Shown here: positions 46,595 through 55,754 of the stretch, piece after piece
Numbering within the stretch: position 1 is the stretch's first letter
Layout of the letters: every line of letters begins with the position of its first letter
Assembly (NCBI GenBank): GCA_020426005.1
Contig: JAGQQW010000001.1
Span: 32,909-96,908 of the forward strand
Origin: Planctomycetota bacterium
GTDB lineage: Bacteria > Planctomycetota > UBA1135 > GCA-002748355
Reading direction: 5' to 3'
DNA: 64,000 bases
The notes under the pieces: generated by a model
The model's database searches: none
Seen by the model: the letters and a program-made list of their open reading frames with translations, nothing else
Told to the model about the DNA's origin: nothing
Made by a program: the position numbers and the translations under genes

Positions 46595-47638
46595 TTACAC
46601 GAGGTCGCTGTCACCGAGCGTGTGGTACCAGCGATCGCGCAACCAACGCACGTGCGGTACGAACGTGTTCATCACCAGGAAGTGACTCGGCGGACCAACC
46701 AAGAATCCGAGACGCTGCCAGCGCAAGAACCGAGGATCCGGCTGTGGAAAGTGCGCGAGGAGGACAGGCAAACCGAGCTCGCGCGTCCTCGCATCCAGCG
46801 CAGCGAGCAGCGATCGCTCGGCATCCTCGTCCACGGCGGGCACGACCCAATCGACGCAGATCGACCCGTGCACGGCGTAGACTCCCGTTCGCCGCACTCC
46901 AATCCCGCGAACTGCACCCGAACCAGCATCCCGCGCGACGAACATCTCGTACTCGTTCTGCGGATGCGAAGCGTAGCGCCACGCGAACCACTCCCCGTCA
47001 CGCACGAGCCCGAAGCGCTGCTCCGCTTCGCACAGCGCCCAGGCTGCCTCTCCGGCCTCGCGCATCCCGCGGGCATCCGTGACGATTTCGACTCGTATGT
47101 CTGCTGCCGGCTGGATCGTCACGATGCCTGGCGCGACGACCTCGCGGAACAGGATGTCCATGTCGCGCACCATTTCGGACGCGAGGTAGCGCTGGGCGAT
47201 CCGCCAGATCGGGAACGGGTACCCATAGAGCAACTCATGACCATGATCGCCGTGCACACCATCTTCGGCGCGAGGCCCGCAATAGAGGTCGTGAAGTCGC
47301 TGCGCGAGGTGGATTACGAGACCCGGACGCCCGAGTGCTCGCCGGTATTCGGGAAGCACGAAGGCGTCGACGATCAGGCCGATCGTCGCTAGGCGGTCCG
47401 TCTTGGATTCGTCGACGGCACGCATCGGAACACACGCGTATTGACCGACGACGCGGCCATCGACGGCTGCGACGGTGATCTCGGGTCGACCGATGGGATT
47501 GTTCTCGAAGAGCCATCGCCAGTACGGCACATCCCGCGGCGGAACGCCGTCCTGTGATGGGAAGATCGCATTCCAGCCTTCGACGATCGATGCTTCGTCA
47601 CCAGGCTGGTAGCTTCGAATCTCGGGGCGTTCGGACAT
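46595..47638 (-). CDS. Two-domain GNAT-family N-acetyltransferase (paralog B)
   Basis: About 347 aa from MSERPEIRSYQPGDE with LPEYRRALGRPGL motif A and C-terminus YHTLGDSDLV. It is collinear with the upstream paralog, which begins MGEIEFREYRPGDE. Confidence 0.65.
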   Translation of the reverse strand: MSERPEIRSYQPGDEASIVEGWNAIFPSQDGVPPRDVPYWRWLFENNPIGRPEITVAAVDGRVVGQYACVPMRAVDESKTDRLATIGLIVDAFVLPEYRRALGRPGLVIHLAQRLHDLYCGPRAEDGVHGDHGHELLYGYPFPIWRIAQRYLASEMVRDMDILFREVVAPGIVTIQPAADIRVEIVTDARGMREAGEAAWALCEAEQRFGLVRDGEWFAWRYASHPQNEYEMFVARDAGSGAVRGIGVRRTGVYAVHGSICVDWVVPAVDEDAERSLLAALDARTRELGLPVLLAHFPQPDPRFLRWQRLGFLVGPPSHFLVMNTFVPHVRWLRDRWYHTLGDSDLV

Positions 47639-48521
47639 GGCGGCGACAAGAACTGGCGACGACGACAGCAGCGATAGAGAGACCGTGCACGGTGTCGTGC
47701 CACGGCAAGTCGATACGAGCGACCATGAAAGCACCGCGGACGAGCCGACTCCAGAAGGCAAATCGCGGTGGCGGTTGGCGTTGCCCGCGCTTCTCTTTGC
47801 CGGCGGCTTCGCTGCCGTGCTCGTGACGCTGCATGCGACTGGAGTCCTGGATCGTGTCTATGACCGCGATGCGTTGCGCCAATCGGTGGCACGACAGGGT
47901 GCACTCGCGCCGCTCTTCTACCTGCTCTTCTTGGTGTGCCGGCCGTTCACACTCCTACCGAGCACGTTGTTCGCACCGGTCGCCTACGCACTCTTCGGAA
48001 TCGTCGAGGGCGCGCTCCTCAAGGCGTGCGGTGAGAGCATCGGCGCAACCCTCGCGATGCTCGCGTCCCGTCATGGGCTGCGGTCGTCTCTGACGCGGGC
48101 CATGGAGCCACACGGGGACGATCCGAGCCGCTTCGCGCGCTTCGGCAGACGACTCGGTCGCATGCTCGAGCACCGCGGACTGCGCACGGTGCTCGCGTTG
48201 CGCCTCAATCTCTTGATCCCGTTCGACGTCGTCAACTACGGACTCGGACTGACCCGCGTGCGTGTTTGGACGTTCTTCGGAGCAACGCTCGTCGGAATCC
48301 TTCCAGGCACGTTCCTCTACGTCGCTCTCGCCGGAGGAGCACTGGAAGGTCAAGCCTGGATGATCGCGTTCTCGCTCGCCGCACTCGCCGTCATGGTCTG
48401 GCTGTCGATCCCGCTCGCGCGCGAACTTCTCGGCACGCGCGAATCACCACGAACGCAAGAACGAATCGAAACTGTCGAGCGCCTCGACGACGAACCCGAA
48501 CACCGTTCCGGCCGTCGGTGA
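47637..48521 (+). CDS. DedA/TVP38/TMEM64 (SNARE-associated) family membrane protein
   Basis: The conserved core LFYLLFLVCRPFTLLPSTLFAPVAYALFG and the following G-rich helices match the DedA family. The true start is probably downstream of the track start: DedA proteins are about 200-250 aa, and the first about 45 aa are acidic with no TM. Confidence 0.7.
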   Translation: MAATRTGDDDSSDRETVHGVVPRQVDTSDHESTADEPTPEGKSRWRLALPALLFAGGFAAVLVTLHATGVLDRVYDRDALRQSVARQGALAPLFYLLFLVCRPFTLLPSTLFAPVAYALFGIVEGALLKACGESIGATLAMLASRHGLRSSLTRAMEPHGDDPSRFARFGRRLGRMLEHRGLRTVLALRLNLLIPFDVVNYGLGLTRVRVWTFFGATLVGILPGTFLYVALAGGALEGQAWMIAFSLAALAVMVWLSIPLARELLGTRESPRTQERIETVERLDDEPEHRSGRR

Positions 48522-50498
48522 CAAAACGAGCGAGCCCTCGGTTTCGATCCGGTGTCCGAAGTCCGTATTCGTGCCTCGCAGCGTTTGTTCGCCGACGAGC
48601 GCCGCGATGTCCTTCGTGGTCGGGAGGACGAGTTTCGGTTCGGCTTCCTCCTCCGTTGGCTCTTCCGCCTTTTCGCCCTCCTTCTGAGGTTCACCCGCGA
48701 TGGCGACCTGTTGGACGGCCACGGCACGGCCCATGAACATCAGCGGCAGCAGCGCGTCGATTGCTGCCGCACGATCGACGATCGCCTTCCAGTCGAACCA
48801 GGCCTCGAGGAAGCAGTTCTGGCCCTTCGGGAACTTGTCGGCAAAACCCGCGCGGGTCGCGATCGACTTGCCTGCTTCGACGTCCCGCTTCAACTTCCGT
48901 AGCGTACGCGGATTGCAACCGACGGCGAGACGCGAACCAACGCGCACTGCAGACAGGAACCCACCACCGAAGAGCGCCTTCAGGATCATCGTCTCTTCCT
49001 GATTGCCCATCCGCATTCCACCGCCCGGCTTCACGAACAGATCCTTCAGGTCGACATAGGGCACGGCGTCCTGCCCTTTGCCGAGCGTCTTGACCTCGAG
49101 CTGTCGGCCCGCCAACGGAATCGCTGCCGCGAACTGCGAGAACGCAGTCACGACCGCTCGGGCAGCGTCGTCACCTTGCGGACTCGGAACCATGAAACAG
49201 AATTCGGGCGCGAGCACGCCGGGTGCGGGCGGAAGGATGACCGCGGTGATCTCGTTGACACCCTCGAGGCCCTTGGATGCATCGGCAGGCTGCAGCCCGA
49301 GCGTCTGACGGAAACCCGCGAAGAACGCGTCCATCTCCATCTTGGCGCCGAAGGCTTCTGCCATGCTCGACAGCCAACGCGTCATCATCGCGTCGTCCAT
49401 GGTCAAGCGTGTCACTGCCAGCGCATTGCTCGGCACGGTATCGGCGACATCGCCGAGGCTCTTGCCATTGCCGCGGAGCGCACGGAACCCGCTGTCTCCC
49501 TCGATCCCGATGTCATCGCTATCGAGAATCTCACGGAGCCCGCCGTCCTTGCCGCGAATCAACAGCGACGACAGCCCGCGCCATCCGAGAACGCCAGCGG
49601 CCTTCATCTCTTTGGCCTCACGCTCTCGCATTCCGTGTTCCGGCGACTTCACGTTCTCGTCGAAGCGCAGGACACCACGAGCCAGGATCTGATCTCCTTC
49701 CCGCAGTTGGGGTTCGCGGTACTGCAACAAGTCCGGTGCATCACGGCGAAGTGAGACGAGTTCGGCAAGCGCACTCGCGACGCCGTTGTCCGTCTTCGTG
49801 ATCTGCTCGGACTCCGTCGACGTGTACCACGACGACAGGTGAACCGCCCCCATTCGAGCGCGCCGGAGCAGATATGCGCACTTGCGGTAGCCCCAACCCT
49901 GATTGTGCTCGTTCTCCGTGTGAACCGAGAATTTCGTGACGGCGAGTGGCGACTCCGGTACTTGGACCCGCTGTTTTTCGAGAGGGTCGCATCCAGCGAC
50001 CTCGCGTGCACGCGACAGGATCTGAAAGAAACCGTTCTCGAATCCGCGCAAGGATTCGCCGCTCGCTCCCGCCCCAGTGAAGAGCAGTCTCGGCTGCGGC
50101 CTCGACGATCGTCCGGCAACGAACACCAACGATCCTGCGACACCGCCATCGAAGTCGCACGCCCAGTCATAGAGTCGTGGCAACGACTCCGCGAAAGCCT
50201 TGGCCGCACCGTTTTGACTCCCCGCAAAACGGAACACCCCTTGGACCTTCGGGTGCGACCAAAAGGAGACCCACGGCAAGTCGCGCGCCGATTCGACGAA
50301 CACCTTCAACGGAGCCAGTTCGACGCTCACCAAAGTCTTGCCAGCTGGCAGCGATCGCGTCGCGGCGCTTCCCGCTGCGCGTGATGGACCAGTCTCGACG
50401 TCTTGACCTTGGGCTCTCGGACCTGCGGAAACCGCGATGAGGGGAATCGTCAACCAGAAGGCTGGACGCATCAGGATGCAACGAATGGTGGAACGCAT
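48444..50498 (-). CDS. Secreted hypothetical protein
   Basis: A 684-aa protein with signal peptide MRSTIRCILMRPAFWLTIPLIAVSAGPRAQG and no recognised motifs. Its 3' end overlaps the convergent DedA gene by about 78 nt. Confidence 0.5.
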   Translation of the reverse strand: MRSTIRCILMRPAFWLTIPLIAVSAGPRAQGQDVETGPSRAAGSAATRSLPAGKTLVSVELAPLKVFVESARDLPWVSFWSHPKVQGVFRFAGSQNGAAKAFAESLPRLYDWACDFDGGVAGSLVFVAGRSSRPQPRLLFTGAGASGESLRGFENGFFQILSRAREVAGCDPLEKQRVQVPESPLAVTKFSVHTENEHNQGWGYRKCAYLLRRARMGAVHLSSWYTSTESEQITKTDNGVASALAELVSLRRDAPDLLQYREPQLREGDQILARGVLRFDENVKSPEHGMREREAKEMKAAGVLGWRGLSSLLIRGKDGGLREILDSDDIGIEGDSGFRALRGNGKSLGDVADTVPSNALAVTRLTMDDAMMTRWLSSMAEAFGAKMEMDAFFAGFRQTLGLQPADASKGLEGVNEITAVILPPAPGVLAPEFCFMVPSPQGDDAARAVVTAFSQFAAAIPLAGRQLEVKTLGKGQDAVPYVDLKDLFVKPGGGMRMGNQEETMILKALFGGGFLSAVRVGSRLAVGCNPRTLRKLKRDVEAGKSIATRAGFADKFPKGQNCFLEAWFDWKAIVDRAAAIDALLPLMFMGRAVAVQQVAIAGEPQKEGEKAEEPTEEEAEPKLVLPTTKDIAALVGEQTLRGTNTDFGHRIETEGSLVLSPTAGTVFGFVVEALDSFDSFLRSW

Positions 50499-50564
50499 TG
50501 GGGTGTCATGTAGGTCGAAAGAGATTCGTTGCGACGCAGGGCCGCCAAAAATCGAAGAATGCGA

Positions 50565-51428
50565 TCAGCAGTTCGCCTTGCGACGACCCAAACGCCCGAG
50601 CGCGGGGATCGCCGACAACAACAGCTTACTCATACGCTTCGCAGCCTTGGCTCCCTCGGACACGACCTCGTCGTGATTCGGCACGTCCTCGGTCACGCCG
50701 GCAGCGTTGTTCGTGATCAAGGACATCGCCGCAACACGGCACCCCATCGCGTGCAACGCAATCGCCTCCGGGACCGTCGACATGCCGACAGCATCCGCAC
50801 CGACGAGACTGAGCATGCGAATCTCCGCCGGCGTCTCGTAGGACGGCCCCATCATCTGTGCATACACGCCTTCGGCGAGCGGCTTCGGCGACGCACTCTG
50901 CAAGATCTTGCGAGCGGTCTCCGAGTAGACGCGCGACATCGGTGGGAATCGCGGCCCGAGGCATTCGTGATGATCACCGAGCAACACGTTGGTGCCGGTC
51001 ATGTTGATGTGATCGGTCAGCAACATGAGCGTGCCCGGCGCCAGATCCTTTCGGATGCCGCCCGCAGCATTCGTCAACAAGAAGTTGGACGTACCGAAGA
51101 GTGCTAGCGTGCGCACGGCGCGCACGACCTCCCAAACGTGATGGCCCTCGTAGAGATGGACACGCCCCGTGAGGCAATGCACGAGCGTGTCCCCGACGCG
51201 GCCCTGAATGAGTTCGCCACCATGGCCTCGAACACGAGTTCGTGGGAACTCCGGCATGTCGTTGAACGAGATCACGATCGGATCTTCGAGGTGTTCCGCG
51301 AAGTCCTTGAGCCCACTCCCTAGGACAATGCCGAGCCGTGCGGGTTTCAGGCCCGCGACCTCGAGCCGATAGGCCGCACTCCGTAACCGCTGAACCTCGC
51401 CTTCGATGTTGTGATCGCCACTGTTCAT
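50565..51428 (-). CDS. Purine nucleoside phosphorylase (PNP/MTAP family, trimeric PunA-type)
   Basis: From MNSGDHNIEGE. It carries GSGLKDF (phosphate-binding), TGRVHLYEGHHVWEV (compare the GRFHMYEGY block of trimeric PNPs) and MSTVPEAI. The upstream 60 aa of the track ORF were discarded. Confidence 0.85.
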   Translation of the reverse strand: MNSGDHNIEGEVQRLRSAAYRLEVAGLKPARLGIVLGSGLKDFAEHLEDPIVISFNDMPEFPRTRVRGHGGELIQGRVGDTLVHCLTGRVHLYEGHHVWEVVRAVRTLALFGTSNFLLTNAAGGIRKDLAPGTLMLLTDHINMTGTNVLLGDHHECLGPRFPPMSRVYSETARKILQSASPKPLAEGVYAQMMGPSYETPAEIRMLSLVGADAVGMSTVPEAIALHAMGCRVAAMSLITNNAAGVTEDVPNHDEVVSEGAKAAKRMSKLLLSAIPALGRLGRRKANC

Positions 51429-51447
51429 ACTGCGGATCGTAGCGACA

Positions 51448-51912
51448 TCACGGTCGTCGAACGACAGTCGACGTGCCGAGCATCGTCGCATGGAGGTGCG
51501 CCACCGAGAGGCCCCAGACGGCAGCAGTCGTCCACAAATACAGCCGATGACGGTCGTAAAAGCGGCGTGCATCCAGCACGTTTCCTGCACTGGCGTCGAG
51601 GAGCGCATCGAGCCACGGATGCAGCACGAACAGGGCGATCTGCGCGAGGGTCAGCAACGCGAGGATCACGATCGAGCGCCGTACGCGGTCCATCTTCGCG
51701 CGATGCGAGATCACGTCGAACCACAGGAGCACGATGACGACAGCTCCGAGGAGGTTCCATGACGAGGTCACGTCGCGGGTCACGAAACCCTGGGCGCGAT
51801 GCGATCCGAGAATGCGCTGACCGGTCGGCACGACCACGAGTGCGTAGAACGTCAGGCCACCGAACCAAACCGCGAACAGCGAGAACAGGGTCGTGCGAAA
51901 CCAACGGTACAT
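51448..51912 (-). CDS. Small integral membrane protein (4 TM), unknown function
   Basis: A 154-aa protein with four hydrophobic segments, lying between nupC and the PNP gene in the same operon. Confidence 0.5.
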   Translation of the reverse strand: MYRWFRTTLFSLFAVWFGGLTFYALVVVPTGQRILGSHRAQGFVTRDVTSSWNLLGAVVIVLLWFDVISHRAKMDRVRRSIVILALLTLAQIALFVLHPWLDALLDASAGNVLDARRFYDRHRLYLWTTAAVWGLSVAHLHATMLGTSTVVRRP

Positions 51913-51928
51913 ACGAACGATCTCGCGC

Positions 51929-53200
51929 TCAGAAATCCAACAGCACCCCGGCGACGCACGCAGTCATCCAACTCGCGATCGCCCCTCCGAACATCGCACG
52001 GACTCCGAGCTTGGAAAGATCGCTGCGGCGTTCTGGTACGAGCGCTGCGATCCCACCGATCTGGATCGCGATCGATGCGAAGTTTGCGAAGCCGCACAGG
52101 GCGTACGTCGCGATCGCCGTGCTGCGCGCGGACAGAGTCGCCTGCATCGAATCGCTCGTGAGCTGCTGATACGCGACGAGTTCGGTGACGGCGATCTTGT
52201 AACCGAGGAGTTCACCGACCGGCACGATGTCCTTCCATTCGACGCCGAGCAAGAACGCGAATGGCGCAAAAATCCACCCGAGGATGCGCTGTAGCGACAG
52301 CGGTGTCGCCAGGTCGAACAGCGACGAGATCCCTTCGAGCGCCCAGTTCGCGACAGCGATCAGTGACAAGAACGCGATCAACATCGCCGCGACGTTCAGG
52401 GCGAGGCTGAGCCCGTCGGTGGCACCGGTCGCTGCAGCTTCGACGACGTTGGAGGATGTCTTCTCGAGATTGACTCGAACGGTTCCGTACGTCTCGCTCT
52501 CCTCGGTCTCCGGCACGAGGAGCTTGGCGACGACGAGCGCAGCCGGCGCCGACATGACACTCGCAACGAGCAGGTGGCCCGGATCGACGCCGAATCCTGC
52601 GTACAACGCGAACACGCCACCCGCGATGGTCGCGAATCCTCCCGTCATGACGGCCATGAGTTCGGACTGCGTCATCCGCGCGAGGAACGGCCTTACGAGA
52701 AGCGGCGCCTCGGTCTGCCCGACGAAGATGTTGGAAGCGACGGACAAGGACTCCGAGCCCGACGTCTTCATCGTCCGCACCATGCACCATGCAATGCCCT
52801 TGACGATGAGCGACATGATGCCGAGGTGATAGATCACGGCCATGAACGCCGAGAAGAAGATGATCGTCGGCAGCACTTGGAACGCGAACAAGAAGCCACC
52901 CTTGACGACATCCGGTGGCATCCCTTTGAGATGCTCGAGGACGACCTCCTGCTTCGCCATGAACCCGAAGAGGAACTCGCTACCGGCGAGCGACATGTCG
53001 AGGAAGGACTTGACGCCGTGGCCGGTACTGTCGAGGAACGCGCGACCCCGCTCCCATGACAAGAACAAGAGTCCGAACCCGAACTGCACGACGAGCCCGA
53101 CTGCGATCGTCTGCCACTTCACTGCGGATCGCTTCTTCGAAATCGCCCAACAGATCGCGAGGAATGCGAAGAGACCGAAGAGGGACAGGAGTCGGTACAA
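51929..53200 (-). CDS. nupC: Concentrative nucleoside transporter, NupC/CNT family
   Basis: CNT-family blocks are present (GQTEAPLLVRPFL, ATIAGGVFALYAGFGV, ALCGFANFASIAIQIGG). The start is a TTG at about 53200 preceded by GAGG. The 507-aa track ORF has an 85-aa Arg/Ser-rich N-terminal extension that was rejected. Confidence 0.8.
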   Translation of the reverse strand: MYRLLSLFGLFAFLAICWAISKKRSAVKWQTIAVGLVVQFGFGLLFLSWERGRAFLDSTGHGVKSFLDMSLAGSEFLFGFMAKQEVVLEHLKGMPPDVVKGGFLFAFQVLPTIIFFSAFMAVIYHLGIMSLIVKGIAWCMVRTMKTSGSESLSVASNIFVGQTEAPLLVRPFLARMTQSELMAVMTGGFATIAGGVFALYAGFGVDPGHLLVASVMSAPAALVVAKLLVPETEESETYGTVRVNLEKTSSNVVEAAATGATDGLSLALNVAAMLIAFLSLIAVANWALEGISSLFDLATPLSLQRILGWIFAPFAFLLGVEWKDIVPVGELLGYKIAVTELVAYQQLTSDSMQATLSARSTAIATYALCGFANFASIAIQIGGIAALVPERRSDLSKLGVRAMFGGAIASWMTACVAGVLLDF

Positions 53201-53294
53201 GAGGGACCTCGTTACGGACGGAGGCGAACACGAGCAGGGCGCGACGATAGCGCGGTGTCGCCTCGGAATCTGCGGTGCGCCGCCGATCGCCGGA

Positions 53295-54620
53295 TCAAGC
53301 GATGTGTTCGAGCACGAGTTGGCGCCCCGCGGTGCCGCCGACGGACTCGCTCGCGGGTCCGGATCGAGCGTCGATCGTCCATGCTCGTGCGAGGTCCGCC
53401 GGCTGTTCCCCCTGCCGCAGCGTGCCGTAGACGCGAGCCAACACGTCTCCACGGCGTACGGTCGCCCCCACGTGGCGTTCGATCACGATTCCTGCTGCGG
53501 GATCGAGAACGTCGTGGGCTCGTGCCCGCCCTGCCCCGCGTGACAGAGCCGCTTGCGCGAGCATCATCGGGTCCAGGTCGACGACCGTGCCCGCGTTGTC
53601 CGCAATCACGTCCTGCACGACACTCGTACTCGGCAGTACACGCGTCGGCTCCAAGACGACTCTCGGGTCACCACCTTGCACTTCGACGAACCGTCGAAAG
53701 CGATCCAGGGCGGAGCCATCGTCGAGCGCGGTTGCAGCGCGCGAGCGGGCAGCGCTGCGGTCCTCGTCGATGCCACCGGACACGAGCATCGACGCGGCGA
53801 GGTCCAGGGTGAGACGACGCACGTCGACGGGTCCGCGACCGTGCAAGCATTCGATCGCTTCGAGCACTTCGAGTGCGTTGCCGATCGCATTCCCGAGCGG
53901 AACATCCATGTCGGTCACGAGCGCCTCGGTCGCGCATCCGAGGGCCTGGGCAACCTCGACGAGGGATTGCGCGAGCACACGCGCCGACGCGAGATCCTTC
54001 ATGAAGGCCCCACGCCCACACTTGACGTCGAGCACGAGTCCGTCGAGCCCCTCGGCAAGCTTCTTGGACAGAATCGACGCAGTGATCCACGGCACGCACT
54101 CGACCGTCGCCGTGATATCACGCAGTGCGTAGATACGCCGGTCGGCAGGCGCGAGCCAAGGGCCCGCCGATGCCATCGCGAACCCGACCGAATCGATCGT
54201 AGCCTCGAACTCGTCGATCGCCAAATCAGTGCGCAGACCGGGAATGCTCTCGAGCTTGTCGATCGTGCCGCCCGTGTGCCCGAGGCCGCGACCGGAGATC
54301 ATCGGCACGCGTCCGCCGCACGCAGCGACGAGCGGAGCCAGAACGAGACTGATCTTGTCGCCGACCCCACCGGTCGAGTGCTTGTCGAGCGACGGACCTA
54401 CTGCGCGTTCGAGGATGCGACCGGAATCACGCATCGCCATCGTCCACGCGACGGTCTCCTCGCGTGTGCTCCCTTGCAAGAGTCCCGCCATCAACAGTGC
54501 GCCGAGCTGACCGTCCGAGATCGAACCGTCGACGACGGCTCGCACGATGTCCGCGATCTCCGTCGCGGCGAGTTCGCGACCATCGCGCTTGGCCGCGATC
54601 CACTCAGCGGGACGCGTCAC
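53295..54620 (-). CDS. pdp: Thymidine/pyrimidine-nucleoside phosphorylase
   Basis: Carries KRDGRELAATEIADIV, DKHSTGGVGDKISLVLAP and GRGLGHTGGTIDKLESIPG, the canonical DeoA/Pdp motifs. A GTG start at about 54620 overlaps the cdd stop. Confidence 0.9.
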   Translation of the reverse strand: MTRPAEWIAAKRDGRELAATEIADIVRAVVDGSISDGQLGALLMAGLLQGSTREETVAWTMAMRDSGRILERAVGPSLDKHSTGGVGDKISLVLAPLVAACGGRVPMISGRGLGHTGGTIDKLESIPGLRTDLAIDEFEATIDSVGFAMASAGPWLAPADRRIYALRDITATVECVPWITASILSKKLAEGLDGLVLDVKCGRGAFMKDLASARVLAQSLVEVAQALGCATEALVTDMDVPLGNAIGNALEVLEAIECLHGRGPVDVRRLTLDLAASMLVSGGIDEDRSAARSRAATALDDGSALDRFRRFVEVQGGDPRVVLEPTRVLPSTSVVQDVIADNAGTVVDLDPMMLAQAALSRGAGRARAHDVLDPAAGIVIERHVGATVRRGDVLARVYGTLRQGEQPADLARAWTIDARSGPASESVGGTAGRQLVLEHIA

Positions 54621-55048
54621 GCTTCGTGGCCGAGTCGAAACGCGCGGGGCAAGAGCGCACCGAGCGTCGTCACGAGGACCTCGTCGGTGTCGCACCCGAG
54701 ATAGACAGGTAGGTCATCGCCGGCGAACTCGGCGAGCACCTGCCGGCACGCACCGCAAGGAGTGCTCGGCTCGCTCGTGCGCGTGAAGATCGCGATGGCA
54801 GCAATCGATCGCGCGCCCATCGCAATCGCACGAAACACCGCGACCCGCTCGGCACAGATCGTCAATCCGTAGCTCGAGTTCTCGACGTTGCATCCAGTCA
54901 GCAGTTCGCCAGTGGAGGTTCTAGCGGCAGCGCCGACCGAGAATCCGGAGAACGGCGCATAGGCGAAGTCTGCAGCGACACGCGCCGCATCGAGCATGGC
55001 GACAGCCTCATCGTCGAGTTGGTGACGCGCGCGCTTCTCCATCGTCAC
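54617..55048 (-). CDS. cdd: Cytidine deaminase
   Basis: A 143-aa protein with zinc-binding CAERVAV (the H/C-A-E motif) and PCGACRQVLAEF. Confidence 0.9.
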   Translation of the reverse strand: MTMEKRARHQLDDEAVAMLDAARVAADFAYAPFSGFSVGAAARTSTGELLTGCNVENSSYGLTICAERVAVFRAIAMGARSIAAIAIFTRTSEPSTPCGACRQVLAEFAGDDLPVYLGCDTDEVLVTTLGALLPRAFRLGHEA

Positions 55049-55621
55049 TCACCCGCTCGTGGCTCCACCCTCGTGCAGGGTCGAGCCGGCTTGCAATCGT
55101 TGCGCCTCGGCATCCGCGCTCCAGATCGCGATGTGCGGCAACTCCCGATACTTGCCGTCGAAATCGAGGCCGTACCCGATCACGAACTCGTCGGGGATCT
55201 CGAAGCCGACGCCACGCAACTCGACGTCGACGACTCGACGCGACGGCTTCGAGAGCAACGTCCAGACATCGATCGAGCGGGCACCGCGCGTTCGCAGCAA
55301 CTCGTCGAGGTAGCGCACGGTGCGCCCCGTATCGACGATGTCCTCGAGCAGCACGATGTCACGGCCACGGACGTCGACGTTCAGATCGCGAACGAGTTCG
55401 TGCCTGCCGGTCGATTGCGTTCCTTCGTACGAACGCACGCGCACGGGCTCGTAGTCGCTTCCCGCCCTTCCGAGCGCACGGAGCAAGCCCTGCGCAAAGG
55501 TCCTCGCACCATCGAGCACGACGACGAAGAGCGGGTCGTCGTACGCACCGCGCAGGTCGGCTGCGAGCTCACGAATGCGATTCCGGATACGCGTTTCGTC
55601 GATCAGGATGCGAAAGGACAT
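55049..55621 (-). CDS. hpt: Hypoxanthine-guanine phosphoribosyltransferase
   Basis: From MSFRILIDETRIRNRIREL. The PRPP-binding motif VLLEDIVDTGRT and the overall 190-aa length match HGPRT. Confidence 0.9.
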   Translation of the reverse strand: MSFRILIDETRIRNRIRELAADLRGAYDDPLFVVVLDGARTFAQGLLRALGRAGSDYEPVRVRSYEGTQSTGRHELVRDLNVDVRGRDIVLLEDIVDTGRTVRYLDELLRTRGARSIDVWTLLSKPSRRVVDVELRGVGFEIPDEFVIGYGLDFDGKYRELPHIAIWSADAEAQRLQAGSTLHEGGATSG

Positions 55622-55677
55622 CGCGACATGTTGCATCGAAGTCGCCGCGGTGCCAACCAGAACACGCCGTACGTGGC

Positions 55678-55713
55678 GAGGGCCCTTCGAGTCCACAGAC
55701 TCGAAGGGCCCTC
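55678..55713. terminator. Perfect 16-bp stem / 4-nt loop hairpin (GAGGGCCCTTCGAGTC-caca-GACTCGAAGGGCCCTC)
   Basis: Read directly. It lies in the 133-bp gap between the PKD-protein gene stop (55755) and the hpt start (55621) on the same strand. It is GC-rich and has no U-tract, as is usual in high-GC genomes. Confidence 0.6.
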
Positions 55714-55754
55714 GAAGCGTCACTCACTCCGTAAGAGCGAGCAATCGCGATCGA

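Noticed and set aside
51929-53452. 507-aa extent of the nupC track ORF
   Set aside because: The N-terminal about 85 aa are Arg/Ser/Pro-rich with no TM. The CNT family is about 400-420 aa, and a TTG with GAGG RBS lies directly before the first TM helix.
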